Notes under the pieces: generated by a model
Databases searched by the model: none
Told to the model about the DNA's origin: nothing
What the model saw: only the letters and a program-made list of their open reading frames with translations
Made by a program: the position numbers and the translations under genes
Origin: Verrucomicrobiales bacterium
Lineage (GTDB): Bacteria; Verrucomicrobiota; Verrucomicrobiia; Limisphaerales; Palsa-1400
Assembly: GCA_003140095.1 (NCBI GenBank)
Contig: PLIU01000506.1
Span: 848 to 57,672, forward strand
Length of the DNA: 56,825 nucleotides
Direction of reading: 5' to 3'
In this document: in pieces, positions 15,458-24,314 of the stretch
Numbering within the stretch: position 1 is the first letter of the stretch
How the letters are laid out: every line of letters begins with the position of its first letter

Positions 15458-17281
15458 TTAAATCTTCCAATACGGCTTGGAACTGGCATCGATCTGCTCG
15501 AACAATTGGCGCACACAGGCCGGAATCTCGTCCATCGCCTCGGCGATGCGCGCGCCCAACCGGCTGTCGTACTCGCCCAGCCGGAACTGCGAAAGCAAAT
15601 CACTCAAGGCCTGCTTTTGGTCTGGCAACGTGCGCGCCGGCTCCAGCCGCGTCTCTAACTCCGCCTGCGGCAGCGTGATGGCCGGAAAGACCCGCATTAT
15701 CGCCTTGGTCTCCAGCAGGTACCCTTCCAAGTCGGGAAAATCCACCGTGATGACCTGCTCGGGCGGCAATTGCAATTGTTCCACAATCGTCCTCTTGGTC
15801 AGGCTGGCCATCTCGCTGCCGTTGCCGAAAACGGCGAAGACCAGCGTATGCACGAAGTTGCTCAACGCTATGCGCGTGTTGGCAAAATAATGCAGCGTGC
15901 AGGCCCCCTCGGCGTCCAGAAATTGAACCTTGATGTGAAAGTTGAACTTCTTGGCCCAGGCCTCGAAAATCGGCACGTGATCGGCCTGCTCCACAAACAC
16001 AATCGCGTCCGCCTCGAAGCTGAAGGATGGTTTGACCCCCAATTGCTCGATCACCTCCGGCGCCTGCTGCGGCGTGACCGTCACGGCCACGGTCGATCTG
16101 TCCACGTCTCGCTGCACGATGAACAAAGAGGAGAGCGGACAGGAAGCGGCAATGGCGGTGGAATGGGTGGCCACGTAAATCCGCTTGCCTTTGGCTTCCT
16201 CACGCAGGAAGTGGAAGAGCCCCAGTTGCGCTTTGGGATGAAGGTAGGTTTCCGGCTCCTCGATGCACACCCATGCTCCCGGTTTGGCCAGGATCACTTT
16301 GGCCACCACAGCCACCACCGACCGCGTGCCAAAACTCATTTGGCCTATCGAATAGACCAGATCTTCGTCGGCGTCGTCGATTAGTCCCAGCGTGGCCTCG
16401 TTTTGGATTGTTGGCGTGTAAAGCTTGCCCAGGTTGGGCACCAACTTGGATACCTCCGCCTCGATCTTGCGAAATTGCTTGGGCTTGTTGTTGTAGAGCC
16501 AATGCATCACGTCGGGCAGGTTGGACACGTCGGCCGTCAGCGTTTGCTCGCCCAGGATGGGCGAAGTGGTCGGCATTTTGCGCAGGGGATCGACCCATTC
16601 CAGGTTGGCGAATTGTTGATAGACCGCCTCGGCCAAAGCGTGCGAGACCGGGAACGCGCCGCTGCCTTCCGGCCGGCCCAAGCGCAAGCGGTATGGCGCG
16701 GCGGCCTCCGGCTTGGACTCCAGTTTGATCGGCTCCGCCGGCAGTTCGCCGCTGCAACGTTTGCACAGCGCCTCCATCTGGCCGCCGACCGCCTCCAGGC
16801 TGTTCGGCGTGCCGTGAACGGAAAAAATCACGAAAGGCCGGTCGCCGGCGACGTTAGGCGTAGCCAGTTCCTCGCGGAATCCATCCCGCGTGATGTCGAT
16901 CTTCAGGATCAGGGCGGAGAGGAAGCCGGAGTTGCTCACATCAGGCGCGGCCAATTGCGGATTGCCGGCGTAGAGGACGTGTATGAAATCAATCCGTTTT
17001 CTGGGAGCCGGGATGAACTCGAAGAGGAACTCGATGGTCTCATCCTCGCGCTTGCGATAGACGACCTCGCTCAACTTCTGGCCGCGGGAGGCAACAGCCT
17101 GCTCGAAGCTGGTGGCGGCTTCGGAGAGGAACTTGAAGACGTCCAGGCAATTGGATTTGCCGGCGTTATTACGGCCCATCAACAGCGCGAGGTTGTTGAG
17201 ATTATCCAACTCCAAGCGCTTGATGCTTTTATAATTACCGGCGACCACCCGCTTGAGACTGAGATCAGCAAGTTCCATCAC
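15458..17281 (-). CDS. OLD-like ABC ATPase (AAA_15/AAA_21 type) with a degenerate C-terminal TOPRIM-like domain
   Basis: N-terminal NYKSI; Walker A GRNNAGKS; signature QMSFGT; Walker B/D-loop VCIEEPETYLHP; H-loop VATHS; TOPRIM-like SFSFEADAIVFVEQADH and DLEGYL. Confidence 0.8.
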   Translation of the reverse strand: MMELADLSLKRVVAGNYKSIKRLELDNLNNLALLMGRNNAGKSNCLDVFKFLSEAATSFEQAVASRGQKLSEVVYRKREDETIEFLFEFIPAPRKRIDFIHVLYAGNPQLAAPDVSNSGFLSALILKIDITRDGFREELATPNVAGDRPFVIFSVHGTPNSLEAVGGQMEALCKRCSGELPAEPIKLESKPEAAAPYRLRLGRPEGSGAFPVSHALAEAVYQQFANLEWVDPLRKMPTTSPILGEQTLTADVSNLPDVMHWLYNNKPKQFRKIEAEVSKLVPNLGKLYTPTIQNEATLGLIDDADEDLVYSIGQMSFGTRSVVAVVAKVILAKPGAWVCIEEPETYLHPKAQLGLFHFLREEAKGKRIYVATHSTAIAASCPLSSLFIVQRDVDRSTVAVTVTPQQAPEVIEQLGVKPSFSFEADAIVFVEQADHVPIFEAWAKKFNFHIKVQFLDAEGACTLHYFANTRIALSNFVHTLVFAVFGNGSEMASLTKRTIVEQLQLPPEQVITVDFPDLEGYLLETKAIMRVFPAITLPQAELETRLEPARTLPDQKQALSDLLSQFRLGEYDSRLGARIAEAMDEIPACVRQLFEQIDASSKPYWKI

Positions 17282-17338
17282 GCGAGCATTTTACATAGTC
17301 CTTTCTCCTCAGAGTCTCAAGGCTATTCCAGGCTCGGA

Positions 17339-18976
17339 CTAATCTTCATCCGTTTTTCTCATCGGCACCAAGTCGAATTGGCTGCGGTTGAATGAGTAGC
17401 CATAGAGAACCAACGCCAGAATGGAAGCTGCGGCCGTAAGCAATCCCGCCAGCGCCACGACCCACCATTTCGCCGCCATGAAAAAAGTGACGCCGGTCCC
17501 CAACATGACCAATATCAGGACAAAGCCGCGCCAGGCGAAACTGCTCTTTTGGGCGTCGTTGGTCCTGGGAGAAAACGCCGCGATCACCAACAAGGGCTGG
17601 ACCATCAACGCCACGGCGCTCCATTTCAATGCGTTCTCAATCGCCACGAAATGAATTCCAGCCGACGCCGCGTAAAGAATCAGGAGACAGAACACCACGA
17701 CAAAAGTGCTGGCGATGTTGATCTTCAAAACGACGCGCGCCAATTCCCAAAACTCAATGGGATAATTGGCGTAATACGGACTGCGCAAACCGCTCCCTGG
17801 CGGCAGATCGAAGCCGCGCGCGGTTCTGACGATGGCGGTCACACCCATCAACCCCCACAGCGGCAAAAACACCTCCGCTTTCGGAAGCCAGCCGTGTCGA
17901 AAGAGCCAAGGCACGGGCAATGCCAGCAAAAGAAACGGCGCCAGGCGTCTGAGATGAAAGGTCCAGCCCGGATTAGCGGCCAGCATGAACTCCGCAACGG
18001 TGCGGTCGCGGCCGTTGAGCAGACGTGAAAAGAGTCGTTCCAGCGAACCCGCGTTTTGCCAATCGAATCCGGCCAGGAATTGGCGGCGTTGAATCGCGGC
18101 CCGAGCCTCGTCCGGACTCTTTGCCAGGCGCTCGCCAAATTCCAGCAGTTCCGGGATGCGCCCATCGCTGGTGTGTCTCGGCTCGCTCAAAAGGAAGGCC
18201 CGGCGCACGCGCTGAAATGCAATGGGCGAAAGAGCGAGCACAACCGCGCACATCAGCCCCGGCAAGACACGATGAAGAACACCGCTCTCGTCGGAAACTC
18301 CCAAGCTCTGGAGAGTCCAGCCCAACGGCGGGACGCACCAGGCGAGGCCGTCCAGCCACGTGCATACATTTGACAGGTGCAACCCGGCGGAAAGAAGCAC
18401 CAGGGCGGCCACTTGGAACGGCAACGCCAGCGGAGCAAAGTGATCGGGCCGCGCGAATGCAACCAGGCAAACAGCCATCGCCACGATAAAAACCCACTGC
18501 ACCGCGCCAAACGCCAGCCCGCCCGTGATGGCGCGCCAACCGACCCCGGCATGGACCAGAAGCACGTAATAAGCGACCGCGAAATCAAAGAGCGGCCACC
18601 AACTGCCGCGCAGGAATCGCCTCCATTGCACGCGGAAAATGTCGCTTTCCGATATAGGCAGATAATCGAACACGATTAACCCGGGGTCATCATAAAGCCC
18701 CGTATAAAAATGACTCGCCTGATAAAACACCGTGCCCAATGTCCACAAGAGGATGACCGCCACCACGTATTCCACGGTGATGAGCTTGGAAATGACCGCC
18801 AGCATCACCAGAAATCCCATAAACAATAAACGATACACCCAGGGCGGAATGCCAGGCCTCCCTTTGGCCGCGGCGCGCGCCAGTCGATACTCCTCCCGCA
18901 ATGATGCCGACGCGAATACTTCAGCCCGCACCCGCTGGCGCGCCGCCTCCTCTAAAGACCACCGCCGCAAGCTCAC
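17339..18976 (-). CDS. Polytopic membrane protein, probable ABC exporter permease
   Basis: 545 aa with two blocks of hydrophobic helices; GTGA overlap with the upstream ABC ATPase. Confidence 0.7.
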   Translation of the reverse strand: MSLRRWSLEEAARQRVRAEVFASASLREEYRLARAAAKGRPGIPPWVYRLLFMGFLVMLAVISKLITVEYVVAVILLWTLGTVFYQASHFYTGLYDDPGLIVFDYLPISESDIFRVQWRRFLRGSWWPLFDFAVAYYVLLVHAGVGWRAITGGLAFGAVQWVFIVAMAVCLVAFARPDHFAPLALPFQVAALVLLSAGLHLSNVCTWLDGLAWCVPPLGWTLQSLGVSDESGVLHRVLPGLMCAVVLALSPIAFQRVRRAFLLSEPRHTSDGRIPELLEFGERLAKSPDEARAAIQRRQFLAGFDWQNAGSLERLFSRLLNGRDRTVAEFMLAANPGWTFHLRRLAPFLLLALPVPWLFRHGWLPKAEVFLPLWGLMGVTAIVRTARGFDLPPGSGLRSPYYANYPIEFWELARVVLKINIASTFVVVFCLLILYAASAGIHFVAIENALKWSAVALMVQPLLVIAAFSPRTNDAQKSSFAWRGFVLILVMLGTGVTFFMAAKWWVVALAGLLTAAASILALVLYGYSFNRSQFDLVPMRKTDED

Positions 18977-19710
18977 GAAACTTCCTCCTCGCGAAGTTGA
19001 CTGAAAATGTCGTCCAACCCGCTCGTCGCCGCGTGCGGATCTTTGCGCAAATCTGCCGCGGACTGATAGGCCCGGATAGCTCCGCGATGGATGACGCAGA
19101 TGCGGTCGGAAAAGCGTTCGGCCGCGTCAAGAATCTGAGTCGTGTAGAGGACCGTCTGTCCATGGGCTGCGGCCTCGTGTGCCCGGCGTTTGAAGGTATT
19201 GATGCCGTTGGGGTCCATGCCGGAGGCGAACGGTTCATCCAGCAGCCACAGCTTCGGATTCACCGCCAGCAACGCGGCCAGCGCCGCCTTGTAACGCTGC
19301 CCGCGCGACAGCGTGGCCAGCGGCACCTCGGCCAGCGGCAAGAGATCCAACTCGCGCAACAACTCCACCACGCGGTCTTCCACGCCGGGTTGGGCCAGTT
19401 CGTAGAGGCGGAGCACCATGCCGATGTGTTGCAAAGGCGTCCATTCCTCGAAGGTGGCGGGAAAATCCGGCAGAAACATAAATTGCCGGCGCAAATCCAT
19501 CCGTCCGCGCAGGAACACTTCCCCGTCATAAACGATCCGTCCTTTATCCGGCACAGCCGTTCCGGCCAGGCAGCGGAGCAGAGTTGTTTTGCCCGCGCCA
19601 TTCAGCCCCAGCAGCGCCACCACCTGCCCCGATTCAATCGTCAAGGAAACCTCGTCCAGCGCCCGGCGCGCTTTGAACTGTTTCACCACTCCTTGCAATT
19701 CGATTTTCAT
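18973..19710 (-). CDS. ABC transporter ATP-binding protein (ABC-2/drug-export type)
   Basis: GLNGAGKTT, LSRGQ, WLLDEP; the H-loop reads YTTQ instead of xSH/xTH. Confidence 0.92.
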   Translation of the reverse strand: MKIELQGVVKQFKARRALDEVSLTIESGQVVALLGLNGAGKTTLLRCLAGTAVPDKGRIVYDGEVFLRGRMDLRRQFMFLPDFPATFEEWTPLQHIGMVLRLYELAQPGVEDRVVELLRELDLLPLAEVPLATLSRGQRYKAALAALLAVNPKLWLLDEPFASGMDPNGINTFKRRAHEAAAHGQTVLYTTQILDAAERFSDRICVIHRGAIRAYQSAADLRKDPHAATSGLDDIFSQLREEEVS

Positions 19711-19792
19711 AAATTCGACAAAATTGAGCTTAACCTAAGCACATCGCTAATGATTAGCATGTCTTATTCTTAAGCCCGGCTCAAACCTCTTT

Positions 19793-20091
19793 CTGGTTTG
19801 ACTGGGTTTGACTGGTTTGACTGGGTTTGACCGGCCTGCACATTCCCCTGGCTCTTTTTGGCCACCGGCAGGCCCATTTTCGGCCACGGCAGGTTTGATT
19901 CGGTTTGATTCGGTTCGATTCGGTTTGATTTGGTTTGACTGGGTTTGACCGGCCTGCATTCCCGTGGCTCTTTTTGGCCACCGGCAGGCCCCCCATTTTC
20001 GGCCACGGCAGGTTTGATTCGGTTTGATTTGGTCTGAACCGCCTTGATTGAGGCCTGCTCTGGTTTGACTGAGTTTGACCGGGATTGACTG
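19793..20091. repeat. Array of about 17 decamers (GGTTTGAYTN) in three blocks separated by two near-identical ~60-bp spacers
   Basis: Units at 19795-19833 (4), 19892-19951 (6) and 20011-20091 (7, more degenerate). Spacer GGCCTGCA..TTCCC.TGGCTCTTTTTGGCCACCGGCAGGCCC..ATTTTCGGCCACGGCA is duplicated. Confidence 0.9.
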
Positions 20092-20380
20092 ACCGGGTCA
20101 TTCGCTCCCATAATGCGTGAAAACCACGCAATTCGCCGCGCATACGCGGCTCCGATTAAAGCACGTGCTTTGATGAACATACTTCGGCAACTCAGATCCA
20201 ATCCAAGTCCAATCGCCGGGAACCGGTCCTGCGGCATCCCGGGCGAGGCTGGATTCGCGACTGCAAATTTTCAAAGAACTGGCGCATAAGCGCCGCACAC
20301 TTGGCACATTACCACGTTATGGATGGAATGCAAAACGCATGTTGGCACCCAAATCCTTAGGCTCCGAATTTCACGGCTTG

Positions 20381-20428
20381 GGGAGCACACGCGCCTCGCG
20401 TGTGGCGGTCGGCGCCCCCGCCGACCGC
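20381..20428 (+). repeat. REP-like double hairpin
   Basis: GGGAG-CACACGCG-cct-CGCGTGTG followed directly by GCGGTCGGCG-cccc-CGCCGACCGC. Confidence 0.7.
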
Positions 20429-20562
20429 TTAGGCCTGCTTTCAACGCCGGGCCCAACCCAGCCGACCTCAAGTCACGAAGGGACGGCTGATGTCATGGCC
20501 CTTGGCATCGGGGATTGTCAGCAGTGGCCCCTTGGGGCTAAAGTGGCTGGCGTTCGCCCGGC

Positions 20563-21879
20563 ATGAGAAAATGGCTCACACGATGCGCGGTCGCGGCAGC
20601 CTTGATTGGAACCGTGCTGCTGGCAGTCTTGCATCAACTCCAAACACCGCCCAATTCTGTGGGGCGAGCGTTGCCGCAGGGCAAAGTGAAACCGCAATTG
20701 GTCAGCGAAGAGGATACGGCTGTGCTCCTTGCACCTGACGGCTCGCTTTGGGCTTGGGGCGGAACAGGCGATGGTCTTCTGGGCGTTTTTCCGCAGCCAG
20801 AGATTTTGGAGGTTCCACGGCGAATCGGGTCAGACTCGGATTGGTCACAGGTAAGTGCCGCCTTGCAGCATACGGTTGCTCTGAAGTGCGACGGCAGTCT
20901 CTGGGCCTGGGGCACGAACCGATTTGGCGAGGCTGGCCAGGGAAATCTGACCAAGCGGAATTACGCGACACCAACGCGCATCGGCTCGGAAACCAACTGG
21001 ACTCAGATTTGCTCTGGCTTTAACCACAACCTTGCGTTGAAAAATGACGGCTCTGCATGGGCGTGGGGCCTTAATACAGACGGTGTGCTGGGAACCGGTA
21101 CGACAAATGATTCTCCTGCGCCCGCAATGGTTGGAACAAACCGGGATTGGCGGATGATCGCAGCAGAAGACTTCGCGAACTTTGCGCTCAAGAGCAATGG
21201 CACTCTTTGGGAGTGGGGATATTGCAGGAGTCGCAACAGCAACGATTTGGTGCCAAAGCCAATCGGGTATGACACGAATTGGGCGTTCATTTCGGCGAGC
21301 GGATACGCAATGGTTGCGCTCAAAAACGACGGAACCGTTTGGGTCGGAAGCGGAAACGCTTCCTCCGCCTCGGCTTGGAATTCCTCCTTCGTTATGAACA
21401 TGACGCAGATTGGTCGCGATAAAGATTGGACGGAGGTCTGCACCGGGGATTGTTCATTCTTTGGCCGCAAGAAAGACGGCAGTTGGTGGGGCTGGGGAAA
21501 CAATGATTGGCGACAACTTGGCGTCGGCACAAATGCGGAAGTCGCCGCACCGCAACGTGTACGCTTCAATTTCGAGGCTTGGGCTTTCGCGCCTGGAGTG
21601 GGTAACACCCTCGTGTTGGGCAAGGATGGCAAGTTGTGGACTTGGGGCTATCGTCTTGGAGTGAAACCCAGCGCGGCGCGGCAGAGATTCGAGGCGTTCG
21701 TTGCCCCGGCGGTGAAGCGCTTCCCGTCCCTTGGCTTCCTGGTCAAATCGGACATCGACTCTCCGCCGCACCTGCTGTGGGAGCTTCCGCCGGAAGTGCG
21801 CCGCTCGCTTGGAACCGGGCCAATTAGCCTTACGAATCATTTGACCTCCGGCCATCCAGCCGCTGCCTCCCATGAATAA
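20563..21879 (+). CDS. Membrane-anchored RCC1/BLIP-II-type beta-propeller protein, copy 1
   Basis: Basic plus hydrophobic N-terminus; seven (A/L)LKxDGSLWxWG-type repeats; conserved C-terminal PAVKRFP...KSDID...LLWELPPEVRR. Confidence 0.88.
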   Translation: MRKWLTRCAVAAALIGTVLLAVLHQLQTPPNSVGRALPQGKVKPQLVSEEDTAVLLAPDGSLWAWGGTGDGLLGVFPQPEILEVPRRIGSDSDWSQVSAALQHTVALKCDGSLWAWGTNRFGEAGQGNLTKRNYATPTRIGSETNWTQICSGFNHNLALKNDGSAWAWGLNTDGVLGTGTTNDSPAPAMVGTNRDWRMIAAEDFANFALKSNGTLWEWGYCRSRNSNDLVPKPIGYDTNWAFISASGYAMVALKNDGTVWVGSGNASSASAWNSSFVMNMTQIGRDKDWTEVCTGDCSFFGRKKDGSWWGWGNNDWRQLGVGTNAEVAAPQRVRFNFEAWAFAPGVGNTLVLGKDGKLWTWGYRLGVKPSAARQRFEAFVAPAVKRFPSLGFLVKSDIDSPPHLLWELPPEVRRSLGTGPISLTNHLTSGHPAAASHE

Positions 21880-21989
21880 CCCTCAAGTCAGCCGTTACAA
21901 TTATACGTAGCGACAGCAATGAGTTCGCTTTCCGGGTCGGGCGAACCAGCCAGCAACGGGCGGTTGTAGGCCGCGTGCCCTCACGCGGC
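21880..21989 (+). repeat. Downstream module copy 1 (hairpin plus GTAG-tagged REP), duplicated at 22592-22701
   Basis: AGCGACAG..ATGAGTTCGC...CCGGGTC.GGCGAACCAGCC.GCAACGGGCGGTTGTAGGCCGCGTGCCCTCACGCGGC is shared by both copies. Confidence 0.85.
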
Positions 21990-22013
21990 TGAGGTCACAT
22001 GCGATCGTAAATC

Positions 22014-22095
22014 TTGACAGGATGAACAGGATTTACAGGATAAAATCTTGTCGCTCACCGTTTCCGAATCCTGTTCATCCTGTTCATCCTGTCAA
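22014..22095. repeat. Long inverted repeat built from 9-nt units (ACAGGATNN)
   Basis: TTG-ACAGGATGA-ACAGGATTT-ACAGGAT, 26-nt loop, ATCCTGT-TCATCCTGT-TCATCCTGT-CAA; 28-bp arms with 2 mismatches. Confidence 0.85.
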
Positions 22096-22134
22096 AAATG
22101 CTGCTAAGAAAACAAAACTTTGTGGGATAGTAGT

Positions 22135-22187
22135 ACGGATTTCACGGCTTGGAAAGCCGCCCTTTCTTATCCGTGTCATCCGTGGTT
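22135..22187. repeat. Partial inverted repeat of 9-nt units (ACGGATNNC)
   Basis: ACGGATTTC-ACGGCT ... ATCCGT-GTCATCCGT-GGTT. Confidence 0.65.
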
Positions 22188-22227
22188 GTATAACTTCGTT
22201 TACGGTTTGTAGAATAAATCACCTGGC

Positions 22228-22591
22228 ATGAGAAAATGGCTCACACGATGTGGCGTGGCGGCAGTTTTGATTACTATCGTCCTGTTGGCGCTCACGCCCG
22301 AACGCCATCCGCCCGGTGTTTGGGTGGGCAAACCGTTGCCGCCGGGCAAGGTGAAGCCGCAGTTGGCCAATTCTTGGTCTTACCCACCACAACGCGTCCC
22401 TTTCCATTTCGATAGCTCCAGCCGTCAAACGCTTCCCATCCCTCGGCTTCCTGATCAAATCCGACATTGACTGTACTCCTCACCTCCTGTGGGAGCTTCC
22501 GCCGGAAGTGCGCCGCGCCCTTGGACCCGGGCCAAAAATCTCCACGAATAATTCAACCTCCGGCCATCCAGCCGATGCCACCCATCAATAA
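22228..22591 (+). pseudogene. Internally deleted RCC1-propeller paralog, only the conserved ends retained
   Basis: MRKWLTRCGVAAVL...GKVKPQLANSWSY is joined to PPQRVPFHFD, then in a shifted frame APAVKRFPSLGFLIKSDIDCTPHLLWELPPEVRRALG...HPADATHQ*. Confidence 0.88.
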
Positions 22592-22701
22592 ACCTGAATT
22601 CAGCAGTTGCGATTATAGGCAGCGACAGAATTGAGTTCGCCTGCCGGGTCAGGCGAACCAGCCTGCAACGGGCGGTTGTAGGCCGCGTGCCCTCACGCGG
22701 C
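22592..22701 (+). repeat. Downstream module copy 2 (hairpin plus GTAG-tagged REP)
   Basis: Hairpin GTTCGCCTG-ccgggt-CAGGCGAAC (22635-22658); GTAG-GCCGCGTG-ccct-CACGCGGC (22678-22701). Confidence 0.85.
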
Positions 22702-22881
22702 GGGGGGCCATGCGCGATTAATTGATCGTAGTACAAGGCGCACATAGATAAGAATTTATAGATTGCTTGATCGAGCATTTTGTTCCAGCACCGGTTCAAT
22801 GAACGCAGCAGTCGCCAACCTCTGAACCTGTTTTCTTTGTGGTGCAACATCCCGAATTCGCTCATTTCTGAGAAAACTTTT

Positions 22882-22968
22882 TCACCACGAAGGGCGCGAA
22901 GGACACGAAGTTTTGAAAAAGACCATATGGATGGTTCTTCTTCGTGCTCTTCGTGTCCTTCGTGGTGA
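22882..22968. repeat. Long inverted repeat built from 9-nt units (ACGAAGNNC)
   Basis: TCACC-ACGAAGGGC-GCGAAGGAC-ACGAAG, 29-nt loop, CTTCGT-GCTCTTCGT-GTCCTTCGT-GGTGA. Confidence 0.85.
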
Positions 22969-23054
22969 GAATTGGCTTGCGGCTCGTCTGCGTTGTGCTC
23001 TTTGTCTTCTTTTGTGGCCACTGCAAATGCTTTTTGTAGGTTAAATCACCCGGC

Positions 23055-24314
23055 ATGAGAAAATGGCTCACACGCTGCGCGGTGGCGGCAGGCTTGATTC
23101 TGTTGGTGCTGCTGCTCGCGGTGCATCAACTTAATGGGCCTGGAATTTGGAACGGCCATCCATTGCCGCCGGGCAAAGTGAAGCCACAGTTGGTTAATGA
23201 TCGGTTGTGCGCGATCCTCCTGGCTCCGGACGGTTCGCTTTGGGCTTGGGGTGGAACGCCGCAATGGAACTTTCCCGTAAGCTCGCGCCCGCAAGATGTT
23301 ACCTTCTCGGAGGTGCCGCGACGCATCGGGTCAGATTCGAATTGGAGGCAAGTGGCTTTTTGCCAGGACCTCACACTTGCTCTGAAGGACGACGGCAGTC
23401 TGTGGGCTTGGCACTTTAACCAACTGTACGGCGCTCCAACCCGGATCGGCACGGAAACTAACTGGAGCCAACTCTGCGCCGCCGATGGGAACAATTTGGC
23501 GTTGAAAAATGACGGTTCACTTTGGACCTGGCCATCGGATAGCTCGGCTCCGGCCATGGTCGGCACAGACCGGGATTGGCGGACGATCGCAGTGGTTGGC
23601 GCCGCCAGCCTCGCCCTCAAGAGCTATGGCACACTCTGGGGCTGGGGAAGGTTCGATGGCAGCAATTATCGGGTTCCCCGGCCAATCGCGGCAGGCACTA
23701 ATTGGCTGGCCATCTCGGCCAACGGCTCCTTCATACTTGCCCTCAAAACCGATGGAACACTTTGGACGAGCGGCAGTAACGTTTCTCGTGTTCCTTCACT
23801 CCCGTTTACCGGTCTAAGCACAAACTTCATCCAACTCGGACCGGACAAGGATTGGGCCGAGATCTTTGCCGGGGAAGATTGCTCCTTCTTTGCGCTGAAG
23901 AAAGACGGCAGTTGGTGGGGTTGCGGGCAGAACCTCTTCGGGCAACTCGGCCTGGGCACAAATATCACGGCCGTGGCCTCACCGCAACGCCTGCCCTTCG
24001 AACTCAATCCTTGGGCCTTCGCGCCGGGAGTGCAAGCCACCCTTTGTTTGGGTAAGGATGGCAAGTTGTGGACTTGGGGCAAGCGCTTGGGCTTGGGCCA
24101 ACCGAGCGCGAAGCGGCTGAGATTCGAGGCGTTCGTCGCCCCGGCGGTCAATCGCTTCCCGACCCTAGGCTTCCTGATCAAATCGGACATCGACTATGCG
24201 CCGCACCTGCTGTGGGAACTTCCGCCGGAAGTACGCCGCGCGCTTGGAACCGGGTCAAAAGACTCCACGAATATTTCGACCACCGCCCATCCAGCAGGTG
24301 CCTCCCATGAATAA
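23055..24314 (+). CDS. Membrane-anchored RCC1/BLIP-II-type beta-propeller protein, copy 2
   Basis: Same architecture as copy 1, with shortened loops after blades 2 and 3. Confidence 0.88.
   Translation: MRKWLTRCAVAAGLILLVLLLAVHQLNGPGIWNGHPLPPGKVKPQLVNDRLCAILLAPDGSLWAWGGTPQWNFPVSSRPQDVTFSEVPRRIGSDSNWRQVAFCQDLTLALKDDGSLWAWHFNQLYGAPTRIGTETNWSQLCAADGNNLALKNDGSLWTWPSDSSAPAMVGTDRDWRTIAVVGAASLALKSYGTLWGWGRFDGSNYRVPRPIAAGTNWLAISANGSFILALKTDGTLWTSGSNVSRVPSLPFTGLSTNFIQLGPDKDWAEIFAGEDCSFFALKKDGSWWGCGQNLFGQLGLGTNITAVASPQRLPFELNPWAFAPGVQATLCLGKDGKLWTWGKRLGLGQPSAKRLRFEAFVAPAVNRFPTLGFLIKSDIDYAPHLLWELPPEVRRALGTGSKDSTNISTTAHPAGASHE

Noticed and set aside
15348-15678. Small gene MSAQTTMQIGK... with upstream TTGACA
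   Set aside because: Most of the ORF overlaps the OLD-like gene in antisense, with no recognisable motif or well-spaced -10.
19793-20091. CRISPR array
   Set aside because: Units are 10-bp tandem repeats, the two spacers are near-identical to each other, and there are no cas genes.
21880-22701. Integron attC sites after propeller genes
   Set aside because: No clear RYYYAAC...GTTRRRY pairing, no integrase, and the module is absent after copies 2-5.
22455-23071. His/Glu-rich small proteins (HHEGHEEHEE, TTKDTKSTK)
   Set aside because: They are translations of the 9-nt inverted repeats and of the relic's antisense strand.
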